Origin: Actinomycetes bacterium
GTDB taxonomy: Bacteria; Actinomycetota; Actinomycetes; JBBQFP01
Assembly (NCBI GenBank): GCA_038322045.1
Contig: JBBQFP010000001.1
Coordinates: forward strand, 38,409-102,408
Direction: 5' to 3'
DNA: 64,000 nt
Translations under genes and position numbers: made by a program
The notes under the pieces: model-generated
Databases searched by the model: none
Seen by the model: only the letters and a program-made list of their open reading frames with translations
Told to the model about the DNA's origin: nothing
Part shown: positions 27,918-38,962 of the stretch, piece after piece
Layout of the letters: each line of letters begins with the position of its first letter
How positions within the stretch are numbered: position 1 is the first letter of the stretch

Positions 27918-28834
27918 GCGACAGCCTCCGACCCGGTCGCGCGGAACTCCTCGGATCCGGCGGTGACCTCGAGGAACGCCTCCTCGAGGGTCGCGGTCTG
28001 CTGGGAGAGCTCGTGGAGCGGGACCCCCGCGTCGAAGGCTCGCTGACCGACGGCAGCCAGAGTGACGCCCTCCCCCGCGACGGTGAGCGAGCCGTCCTGG
28101 GCCTGCGCGACCTCCATCCCGGCCTGCTGGAGCGCCGGCGCGAGGAGATCGGGTCGAGGGCTGCGGACGACGACGTGCGAGCGCGCCCGGGCGATGAAGT
28201 CGGAGACGGGCGCGTCGGCGAGCAGCCTGCCGCGGCCGATGACGACGAGGTGGTCGGCCATCATCGACATCTCGGCGAGCAGGTGGCTGGAGACGAAGAC
28301 GGCTCGGCCCTGCGAGGCGAAGGCCTTGAGGAACCCACGAAGCCAGTTGATGCCCTGGGGGTCAAGGCCGTTGGCGGGCTCGTCGAGGATGAGGACCTTG
28401 GGGTCGCCGAGAAGGGCGCCTGCCAGTCCGAGCCGCTGCCCCATGCCGAGGCTGAAGCCCTTGGGCTTCTTCTTGGCGACCTCGTGGAGCCCGACGAGCT
28501 CGAGAACCTCATCCGCCCGCGTGGCGGGGAGCCCGTTGGAGGCGGCGAGCATCCGCAGGTGGTTGCGGGCGCTGCGGCCCGGGTGGAACGGCTTGGCCTC
28601 GAGCAGGGTGCCGACCTCGCGCAGGGGATCGGGAAGCTCGCGGTAGGCGCGGCCGTCGAACGTCGTCCTCCCGTCCCCGTGGTCGAGGTCGAGCATGAGC
28701 CGCATCGTCGTCGACTTGCCGGCGCCGTTGGGGCCGAGGAAACCCGTGACGACGCCCGGGCGGACGTCGAAGGAGAGGTCGTCGACAGCCAGCTTGCTGC
28801 TGAAGCGCTTGGACAGGGCACGGGCTTCGATCAT
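27914..28834 (-). CDS. ABC transporter ATP-binding protein
   Basis: GPNGAGKST (Walker A), the LSLGMGQRL-type signature (FSLGMGQRLGLA), LILDEPANGLD (Walker B) and SSHLL (H-loop). Confidence 0.93.
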   Translation of the reverse strand: MIEARALSKRFSSKLAVDDLSFDVRPGVVTGFLGPNGAGKSTTMRLMLDLDHGDGRTTFDGRAYRELPDPLREVGTLLEAKPFHPGRSARNHLRMLAASNGLPATRADEVLELVGLHEVAKKKPKGFSLGMGQRLGLAGALLGDPKVLILDEPANGLDPQGINWLRGFLKAFASQGRAVFVSSHLLAEMSMMADHLVVIGRGRLLADAPVSDFIARARSHVVVRSPRPDLLAPALQQAGMEVAQAQDGSLTVAGEGVTLAAVGQRAFDAGVPLHELSQQTATLEEAFLEVTAGSEEFRATGSEAVA

Positions 28835-28853
28835 GCCGTGACCGTACCGTCCG

Positions 28854-31660
<2,807 letters not shown>

Positions 31661-31829
31661 TCACATGCTGGGACGTCGTCTCAGGGCAGTGCCTGCGACA
31701 AGACGAAGAACTGCATCTGCTTGCCCACTCACATCGGCGAGACGCAGCAGGCGATGGACTCGGTCACCCACGTGGGCCTGTGGACAGACCGACGCAGCAC
31801 GACGCCGCTGCCGCCTACCGTCCTCGCTC

Positions 31830-32243
31830 ATGGTCCTCCCGCTCGTCCCGGCTCAGCGGACGCCGGGGCCCGTGCCCTGGCCGCTGCCTCCGGTCGCGCC
31901 CGCCGAAGTGCAGCCGAGGCCGCAGGCCGTGCCGTGGCCCTGGCCGAGCACCACGGGGTCGGCCGTCGTCGTCGCTCTCCCCGACCTCGCCGCGGCGTCG
32001 GCGAGCGCTGCGCGCTCGGCGGAGGCTGCGGCGACGGCCGCGACCCGCCTCGTGCCGTTGGTCGACCTCGTCGGCGGCTGCGGGGAGCCCGTCCTCGCCG
32101 GCGTAGGAGCCGCTCTGATGGCCGCCCTGTCCGCCCGGTGCCTCGATGCGGCGGGGGTGCTCGACGAGCACGCACGGGCGCTCGCCGACGCGGTCGCCAC
32201 CTACGACGCCGCCGAGCGTGCCGCTGCGGCCGACCGAGGGTGA
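31830..32243 (+). CDS. Small Ala-rich helical protein resembling EspC/DUF2580-type type VII secretion-associated proteins
   Basis: The C-terminal 90 aa read LPDLAAASASAARSAEAAATAA...LDEHARALADAVATYDAAERAAAADRG. Third-position GC is high. The start is uncertain (ATG 31830 without an SD, or GTG 31929). The stop overlaps the next gene's start (GTGA). Confidence 0.55.
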   Translation: MVLPLVPAQRTPGPVPWPLPPVAPAEVQPRPQAVPWPWPSTTGSAVVVALPDLAAASASAARSAEAAATAATRLVPLVDLVGGCGEPVLAGVGAALMAALSARCLDAAGVLDEHARALADAVATYDAAERAAAADRG

Positions 32244-33505
32244 GGGTCGACGACGGCGGACTCGGGACGGGTGCTGCCGCCCGCACCGCTGCCGCCCTCG
32301 ACGGCGCCGCGGCGGAGCTCGGCGTCGCCCTGCGTCTCGTCGTCGAGGCCGGCGGGAGCCTGGGTGCGAGCGCGACGGACACCTGGCGGGGCGGCGCGGC
32401 GAGCCGTGCCGAGGAGAGCCGACGGCGGACCACGGCGACGCTCGGGAGCCTGGGAGAGACGATGCGCGCCACCGAGGTCACCCTCGCCGGGCTGGCCGAG
32501 CACTACGCCGGGTGCGCCGCACGGGTCGCGGCTGCCCGCGCGCGCCTGGCCGTCGTCGAGGCGGCGCTGCCGAGGGCCGGCCTGCCTGTCGACGACCTCG
32601 CCCACGCCGTCGCCCTGGCTCGGTGGCGCAGCGCTGTCGCGGACGCGCAAGCAGCGGTGAGCGCGGCCGAGCTCGAGCTCGAGGAGCTCGTGGGCGACGC
32701 CGCGCGCCGGCTGCGCTCGCTCGAGGCGTCGCTCGACCCACTGCTCGGCGTGGGCCGCCAGCTGCTCGACGTCCCCGTCTACGCCGCCCGCAGCGCCGTC
32801 GCGACCGTGCAGGGCGCCATCGACTCCGCCGTCGTCGTCGCCCCCGCGGTGTCACCCCTGGCGCTGGTCGCCATGGCCATCTGGCCACGGGCCAGGCACG
32901 CGTGGCGGCGACGAGTCCTTGACCACCTGGGGTCACTCGCGACGGCGGCGACGCACCCCGTGCAGGCGCTGGGCAGCATGGTCGCGCTGCCCGAGCTGCG
33001 GGACCGAGGGGTGGGCGCCTGGGCGGGGACCCTAGCTCCCACGGTCGCGCTCTCCTTCGTCACCGACGGCGCCTCGCTCGCCGCCCGCGCCTCCGCTCTG
33101 CCGGCTGCGGAGGTCCGCACCGGCGCGCACGTCGCGCGCGTTGCGGCGCGCGGACCCGGCTCGGTGCTCGAGCGCGGCGCGCGGACGGCTGCCGCGGTCG
33201 ACGCCGCTCGGGCGCTGCGCCATGCCGACACCGCTGCGGCCCGACGGGCCGCGTCACGCGAGCTCGCCACCAGCCTGCAGCTCGTGCTCCCGGCGTCCTC
33301 ACGGACGCTGGGCCAGCGCTGCGGCTCCGACCCTCGGGCGGCCGCAGCCTGCTCGCCGCAGTCAGCGGTCATGCGCCGCGACGCCCGGGCGCTGCTCTTC
33401 GGGCCCGAGCCGCTGCGCAAGCCGATGCTCAAGCCGACTGCGCCGCCGAGGCGCAAGCCCACCGAGGCGCCGTGGTGGCCGATCGCCGCCGGCGCAGTGT
33501 CCTAG
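32240..33505 (+). CDS. Hypothetical 421-aa protein with N-terminal WXG-containing helical domain
   Basis: GTG 32240 overlaps the upstream TGA. A W-R-G motif lies at 32384-32392 (SATDTWRGGAAS), followed by LGETMRATEVTLAGLAEHY and Ala-rich coiled segments. There is one hydrophobic stretch (VVVAPAVSPLALVAMAIWP). Upstream of 32240 the listed 594-aa ORF is Arg-rich off-frame sequence. Confidence 0.6.
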   Translation: MRVDDGGLGTGAAARTAAALDGAAAELGVALRLVVEAGGSLGASATDTWRGGAASRAEESRRRTTATLGSLGETMRATEVTLAGLAEHYAGCAARVAAARARLAVVEAALPRAGLPVDDLAHAVALARWRSAVADAQAAVSAAELELEELVGDAARRLRSLEASLDPLLGVGRQLLDVPVYAARSAVATVQGAIDSAVVVAPAVSPLALVAMAIWPRARHAWRRRVLDHLGSLATAATHPVQALGSMVALPELRDRGVGAWAGTLAPTVALSFVTDGASLAARASALPAAEVRTGAHVARVAARGPGSVLERGARTAAAVDAARALRHADTAAARRAASRELATSLQLVLPASSRTLGQRCGSDPRAAAACSPQSAVMRRDARALLFGPEPLRKPMLKPTAPPRRKPTEAPWWPIAAGAVS

Positions 33506-34689
33506 GCCAGCGCCTTGACGACCCGGTCGATGCCCCAGTCGAGGTCCTCACGGCTGATCGTCAACGGGGGCGCGATCCGGATCGTCGTCGAGTGGGTGTC
33601 CTTGACGAGCACGCCGTCGGCGAGCAGTGCCTCGCACCGCAGTCGCGCCGGTCCGGCGTCGGGGTACATCTCCACCCCGGCCCACAACCCGATGCCGCGC
33701 ACCTCCCGCACCGTGGCAGGCGCCTCGTCCCGGAGCCGACGGAGCAGGTGCTCCCCGAGCTCGGCGGAGCGCTGCTGGTACTCGCCGGTCGCGAGCATGG
33801 CGACGACCTCGCGGCCGACCGCGGCCGCGAGCGGGTTGCCCCCGAACGTGCTCCCGTGCTGACCGGCGCCGATAACGGCGAGGACGTCGGCCCGGGTGAC
33901 GATCGCCGAGACGGGCAGGACGCCACCGCCGAGGGCCTTACCGAGGACGAAGACGTCGGGGAGGACGTCCTCGTGGTCGCAGGCGAACGTCCGTCCGGTG
34001 CGCCCGAGGCCCGACTGCACCTCGTCGGCGATGAAGAGGACGTCGCGGTCGCGGCAGATCTCCCGCGCGGCCCGCAGGTACCCGGGGGGAGGCACGACGA
34101 CGCCGGCCTCGCCCTGCACGGGCTCGACGAGGAAGGCGACGGTGGTCTCGTCGATGGCGGCGGCGAGCGCGTCGACGTCGCCGAAGGGGACGGAGCGGAA
34201 GCCAGGGGTGTAGGGACCGAAGTCGTCCCGAGCGCTGGAGTCGTCGGAGAAGCTGATGATCGTCGTCGTGCGGCCGTGGAAGTTGCCCTCGGCGACGATG
34301 ATCGTCGCCTTCCCCGGGGCGACGCCCTTGCTGCGGTAGCCCCAGGCACGCGCCACCTTGATCGCCGTCTCGACCGCCTCTGCCCCGGTGTTCATGGGGA
34401 GCACGGTGTCGAGCCCGCAGAGCTGAGCGAGGTCGCGGCAGAAGGCCCCGAGCTGGTCGTTGTGGAACGCGCGGCTCGTCAGGGTCACCCGGTCGAGCTG
34501 GGCGCGGACGGCGTCGAGGATCCTCGGGTTGCGGTGGCCGAAGTTCAGCGCGCTGTAGGCCGAGAGCAGGTCGAGGTAGCGATTGCCCTCGGCGTCGAAC
34601 ACCCACGAGCCCTCGGCGTGCGAGACGACCACCTCGAGGGGGTGGTAGTTGTGGGCGCCGTAGCGCTCTACCAGAAGACGCGGGTCCAT
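33502..34689 (-). CDS. rocD: Ornithine--oxo-acid aminotransferase
   Basis: From ATG 34689 the product reads MDPRLLVERYGAHNYHPLEVVV...NTGAEAVE...FIADEVQSGLGRTG...LGKALGGG (PLP Lys). ATG 34749 is an alternative start. Confidence 0.92.
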   Translation of the reverse strand: MDPRLLVERYGAHNYHPLEVVVSHAEGSWVFDAEGNRYLDLLSAYSALNFGHRNPRILDAVRAQLDRVTLTSRAFHNDQLGAFCRDLAQLCGLDTVLPMNTGAEAVETAIKVARAWGYRSKGVAPGKATIIVAEGNFHGRTTTIISFSDDSSARDDFGPYTPGFRSVPFGDVDALAAAIDETTVAFLVEPVQGEAGVVVPPPGYLRAAREICRDRDVLFIADEVQSGLGRTGRTFACDHEDVLPDVFVLGKALGGGVLPVSAIVTRADVLAVIGAGQHGSTFGGNPLAAAVGREVVAMLATGEYQQRSAELGEHLLRRLRDEAPATVREVRGIGLWAGVEMYPDAGPARLRCEALLADGVLVKDTHSTTIRIAPPLTISREDLDWGIDRVVKALA

Positions 34690-34844
34690 GGACGCCAGAC
34701 TACCGACCTGGGGACCCCGCCCAGCATCCACAGCAGGGTCCTCCGGCATGGACAACCGACCCCTCCGGTGCCTACGTTCTCTTCTGCGTGCCGTCCCCGG
34801 CACGCCGAACCGTGACGGACGCCGAGTCCTGCCACCGTCGCGGT

Positions 34845-35020
34845 CGGGTGCTCGACACCCAGATGGTAGGAGCGGGGGACCCACCAACCGTGGCCCCACG
34901 CACCGTCGCCGCTTCCCCAGCGGCGGCGATCAGCAGTGGAGCTCCTCGGGGTGAAGCCGCTCGACGCGGCCGGGAGACCATCCCTCCCGAACCCGACAGC
35001 TCACCTCGTAGGCGTCGGAG
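34845..35020 (+). promoter_or_regulatory. Cyclic-di-AMP riboswitch (ydaO/yuaA class)
   Basis: Conserved blocks are GGUAGGAGCGGGGGACCCA (34866-34884), GGGGUGAAGCC (34948-34958) and CCCGAACCCGACAGCUCACCUCGUAGGCGUC (34986-35016). It lies directly upstream of an Rpf-like gene, as for Streptomyces rpfA. The 5' boundary is approximate. Confidence 0.85.
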
Positions 35021-35030
35021 AGGTCCGACC

Positions 35031-35687
35031 ATGCGTCTGCTCAACCACGTGCGCACCAACGCGCGAGCGCACCGCCACGCCCCGACGCAGGACGCCTGCG
35101 ACTCCACCGCCCGGCCCTGCACACGCCGCCGCGGCCCCTCGTTGCGCCACGCCCTCGTCTCCACCGGCGTCGCCACCATCGCCGTCCTCGCTGCCGCACC
35201 CGCGTTCGCCGAAGGCGAGGTGGCCGTCGGGACGGTTCCTGCAGGCGTCTCTGCGGCGGCGGCGACTGCGGCCCCCGTGGCCCCCGTGGCCCCCCTGGCC
35301 ATCGACCAGGCGCCGGCGGCCCCGGCCGTGGCGTCACCGGCTGCCGCTGCCGCACCGGTCGCACCGGTCGCCCTGGCGGCGCGGCCCCGAGCGGTCGCGG
35401 TCTCGCGGGCGGCGGTCCGGCCGCGCGTAGTCATCCCGGCGCGGGTCCTGCGGCTCAACTGGACCGCGCTGGCGCGCTGTGAGTCCGGCAACCGGCCCAC
35501 CGCCGTCAACCGCCGAGGGCGGTACTACGGGCTCTTCCAGTTCAACGTCCGCACGTGGCGGGCTGTCGGCGGCGCGGGCTACCCGCACCGGGCGCCGCGG
35601 GCGGAGCAGACGCTGCGCGCCCAGAAGCTCTTCCTCAGCCGCGGCTCACGGCCGTGGCCGGTCTGCGGCAGGAGGCTCTACCGCTGA
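35031..35687 (+). CDS. Secreted Rpf-like transglycosylase domain protein (resuscitation-promoting factor family)
   Basis: ATG 35031 is preceded by GGAGAGG. It has a signal peptide (LVSTGVATIAVLAAAPAFAEG), an Ala/Pro linker and a C-terminal WTALARCESGN...YYGLFQFNVRTW...PWPVCG (Rpf fold with catalytic Glu). Confidence 0.85.
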   Translation: MRLLNHVRTNARAHRHAPTQDACDSTARPCTRRRGPSLRHALVSTGVATIAVLAAAPAFAEGEVAVGTVPAGVSAAAATAAPVAPVAPLAIDQAPAAPAVASPAAAAAPVAPVALAARPRAVAVSRAAVRPRVVIPARVLRLNWTALARCESGNRPTAVNRRGRYYGLFQFNVRTWRAVGGAGYPHRAPRAEQTLRAQKLFLSRGSRPWPVCGRRLYR

Positions 35688-37141
35688 CGAGCGGTCCCCC
35701 AGCAGACCCCCAGGGCGCCGGCGCGACCGGCGCTGCGGCACCCGGCTGCGTCCTGCACCTCGACCTCGACGCCTTCTACGCCGCGGTCGAGCAGCGCGAC
35801 AAGCCCTCGCTGCGCGGCAGGTCCGTCGTCGTCGGCGGGGTGGGCGGCCGCGGGGTCGTGGCGACGGCGAGCTATGAGGCTCGGGCCTTCGGCGTCCACT
35901 CGGCGATGCCGACCGCCCAGGCCCGCCGTCGATGCCCGCACGCGGCGTTCCTCACGCCCCGCTTCGCGGCCTATCGCGAGGCGAGCGAGCGGGTCATGGA
36001 GCTCCTCCGCGAGCTCTCACCACTCGTCGAACCGCTCTCGCTCGACGAGGCCTTCGTCGACCTCGTCGCCGGCGGACTGGACCCCGGAGACCTCGGCCGG
36101 CTCCACGACACCGCCCAGGTGCTGCGGGGCGCCGTCAAGGACTCCACCGGGCTCACCGCTTCGGTGGGCATCGCCCGCACGAAGCACGTCGCGAAGATCG
36201 CGAGCGACCTGTGCAAGCCCGACGGACTGCTCGTCATCGGGGTCGACGAGGAGTCCGCGTTCCTCGACCCGCTGCCGGTCGAGCGGCTCTGGGGCGTCGG
36301 GGCGGTCACCGCGCAGCGCCTGCGCCGGGCAGGCATCACGACCATCGGGGAGCTCGGCGAGCTCGCCGAGGACGACGCCGTCGGGCTGCTGGGCGAGGCC
36401 CATGGTCGCGGGCTGCACCGGCTGGCTCACGGGGTCGATGACCGCCGGGTGGTCGCCGAGCGAGAGACGAAGTCGGTGAGCGCCGAGGACACCTTCGAGC
36501 GCGACCTCACGAGCCCCGCGGCGATGCACGCCGTCCTCGACGTCCTCAGCGCCCGCGTGGGCGAGAGGCTGCGCGGCTCCCGCAGCGCCGGCCGCACGGT
36601 GACGGTGAAGGTGCGCGGCCCCGACTTCACGACGACGTCGCGCTCGCGGACCGTGGACGGCGCCACCGACGAGACGCGGCTCATCGCCCGGACGGCACGC
36701 GAGCTGCTCGCCGAGCTTGCGCCGCCCGACGGGGTCCGGCTGTTGGGCGTCGGGGTCTCGGGGCTCACCGAGTGGGCCCAGGACCAGCTCGGCTTCGAGA
36801 CCGGACGGACGCCGGATGCCCTCGAGAGCGCTCAGGAACCCTCCGCCGCCGCTGCACCGGGGGAACCCCCCGCCGCCGCACGGGGTGCCCCAGCCGACGA
36901 GGTCGCTCCGGCGCCGGTGGAGCAACCGCCGCGCAGCAGCGGCTCGTGGCTGCCCGGGCAGGACGTCGTCCACGACGAGCACGGCCGAGGCTGGGTGTGG
37001 GGTGCAGGGCTCGGCCGGGTGACCGTGCGCTTCGAGACCGCTGACACCGGCCGAGGCCCGGTGCGCACCCTCGCGGCCGACGACCTTGCCCTGCACCCGG
37101 CTGCGCCACGGCCTCCGTCGTCCCCTCGGTCGTTCGGCTGA
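35654..37141 (+). CDS. dinB: DNA polymerase IV (Y-family) with C-terminal extension
   Basis: LHLDLDAFYAAVEQRD and SLDEAFVDL show an intact catalytic set. The start is uncertain: GTG 35654, or CTG 35684 (GGAGG-N8, CTGA overlap with the rpf stop). The last 65 aa form an extra small domain (see findings). Confidence 0.9.
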   Translation: MAGLRQEALPLTSGPPADPQGAGATGAAAPGCVLHLDLDAFYAAVEQRDKPSLRGRSVVVGGVGGRGVVATASYEARAFGVHSAMPTAQARRRCPHAAFLTPRFAAYREASERVMELLRELSPLVEPLSLDEAFVDLVAGGLDPGDLGRLHDTAQVLRGAVKDSTGLTASVGIARTKHVAKIASDLCKPDGLLVIGVDEESAFLDPLPVERLWGVGAVTAQRLRRAGITTIGELGELAEDDAVGLLGEAHGRGLHRLAHGVDDRRVVAERETKSVSAEDTFERDLTSPAAMHAVLDVLSARVGERLRGSRSAGRTVTVKVRGPDFTTTSRSRTVDGATDETRLIARTARELLAELAPPDGVRLLGVGVSGLTEWAQDQLGFETGRTPDALESAQEPSAAAAPGEPPAAARGAPADEVAPAPVEQPPRSSGSWLPGQDVVHDEHGRGWVWGAGLGRVTVRFETADTGRGPVRTLAADDLALHPAAPRPPSSPRSFG

Positions 37142-37198
37142 CCCCGCTCACCCGTCCGGCTCAACACCGGACCGGGCGCCGGTGCCGATCTCTGGGCC

Positions 37199-37501
37199 AT
37201 GACACGCAGCGGCGCAGCAGAGGACCTGCCGGTCCGAGGTCCGCAGGCTCCGGCGACCCCGAGCGCGGCCGGGCGGCCGGAGCCGCCGGAGTCGCCGGCA
37301 TGCCTCGTGCCGGTGCTCGACTGGCTCCATGCCGGGGTGCCCATCACCCTGCTCTGCGACCTCGCGGGGCCTCGCCGGATCCCCTCGAGGGCGATCATGG
37401 AACGGGAGGGGCAGCCGGACGACCACTGGTGGCGCGCGGTCGCTCACGGCCAGGCGACGGCGCCTCTGGCCGACGGCAGTCAGGCGGCGGAGCGGATTTA
37501 G
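37199..37501 (+). CDS. Hypothetical small protein
   Basis: 100-aa ORF with high third-position GC and a conserved-looking core CLVPVLDWLHAGVPITLLCDLAGP. Its end overlaps the convergent HD-HAD gene by 4 nt. I recognise no family. Confidence 0.5.
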   Translation: MTRSGAAEDLPVRGPQAPATPSAAGRPEPPESPACLVPVLDWLHAGVPITLLCDLAGPRRIPSRAIMEREGQPDDHWWRAVAHGQATAPLADGSQAAERI

Positions 37502-38691
37502 GCCGCCGCGAGCCAGGTGCCGACCTCGTCGACCCACGCGTCGGCCCCGCCGCGCGCGTAGACCCCGAACATCCCCGCGTGCTGGGCCGCCGTCATGTTC
37601 GCCGCCTGGTCGTCGGCGACGAGGACCTCGTCGGCGCGTCCACCCCACTCGGCGAGCACGGCCTCGAACATGGCGGGCTCGGGCTTGGCAACACCGAGCT
37701 CGTCGGAGACGAAGACCCGGCTCACGTGCTCGGCGATCCCGTACTGCTTGAGGGCTCCCTCCAACCACGCACGGCGGTGGTTGCTGAGGATCCACACCTC
37801 TCCGAGCCGGGACCACTCTGCGAGGTGGTCGACGCCGTGGAAGGGGCGCAGGTGGTCCTCGATGATGGCGGTGAGCCGCTCCTCGGCCCCCTCGACGGGG
37901 AGCCCGGCCAGCGCGGCGAAGTGCCGGCCGACCTCGGGTCCCAGGCGACCAGTCCAGAGGTCGTCGCGGATGGTTCGGTGGAAGTCGTTGACGAGGTCGG
38001 CCCGCGGGCGCCCGGAGACGCGCGCGAGGTGGGAGAACAGGGCGGGCATCGGGTCGGTGAGCAGGACGCCGCCCGCGTCGAGGACGAGCAGTCTCGGCCG
38101 CAGCGAGCCGTCGGCGTTGCGGCGCGCCAGCGCCTCGCCGGCGGCGATCTGCCCGGCGGCCGAGCGGAACGACACCGCAGCGGGGGCCATCGGTCCGCGT
38201 CGCACGACGATGTCGGCCAGGCGCTGACGGGGCGTCATGAGGTAGCCGGCACCGGCCGTCGTCGCGTTGACCCAGCTGAGCAGCGCGAGCAGCTCGGGGT
38301 CCGGCGTCGGCAGGGAGTCCATGACCTCGACGGCGAGCTGCTCCTGGCCGAGCAGCTCGGCCTCGGTGAAGGCGCCGGTGTGCGCGGCCACGAGCGCGGC
38401 GACGTCCGGCAGCCCGGAGTCCGCGAGCAGCTCGGCGCCGCTGGCCGCATGGTGCCGCCGGGCGTCGGGCCCGATGACCCGCCCGACGTCGTGGAGCAGG
38501 GCGGCGAGGACGAACGTCTCCGCGCGCCGGGGCTCGAGCCCTCTGGTGACGGCGATCGCCTCGGCACGCTCGGCCGCGACCTCGGCGTGCCGCAGTCGGG
38601 TCCACTGCCCGCAGGAGGGATAGCTGAAGGCCAGTGAGGCCTTCCACGCGGCGATGTCCGTGGGATCCGAGGGCACATCGAGACGCGGCAT
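37498..38691 (-). CDS. HD-domain / HAD-family hydrolase fusion protein
   Basis: Called from ATG 38691. The N-terminal HD domain has AALLHDVGR...HH. The C-terminal HAD domain has LVLDAGGVL (DxG-type motif I variant) and LVADDQAANMTAA (motif IV). Confidence 0.8.
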   Translation of the reverse strand: MPRLDVPSDPTDIAAWKASLAFSYPSCGQWTRLRHAEVAAERAEAIAVTRGLEPRRAETFVLAALLHDVGRVIGPDARRHHAASGAELLADSGLPDVAALVAAHTGAFTEAELLGQEQLAVEVMDSLPTPDPELLALLSWVNATTAGAGYLMTPRQRLADIVVRRGPMAPAAVSFRSAAGQIAAGEALARRNADGSLRPRLLVLDAGGVLLTDPMPALFSHLARVSGRPRADLVNDFHRTIRDDLWTGRLGPEVGRHFAALAGLPVEGAEERLTAIIEDHLRPFHGVDHLAEWSRLGEVWILSNHRRAWLEGALKQYGIAEHVSRVFVSDELGVAKPEPAMFEAVLAEWGGRADEVLVADDQAANMTAAQHAGMFGVYARGGADAWVDEVGTWLAAA

Positions 38692-38962
38692 GCGGACATG
38701 CTGTCCTACCGGGTGCGCCCGTGTCCTGGACTTCGCACAGGTCGGGGACGCAGGAGCCGCAGGCCTGTGGAGTCCCGGCGGTGTCAGGTCCCACATGTCT
38801 CGATTGTCCCTAAGCGACCGGCTATGCTCGGCTCGTGGCTCTCGTCGGGGGAGCACATGTTGTCGGGCTGGCCACGACGCCCGCGCGCGCTCCCTGGGGT
38901 CCGATCCCCGTGCGCGCGCCGGTGGCGTCATCGGCCACCCCCGGACGGGAGCCGCTGCGCGC

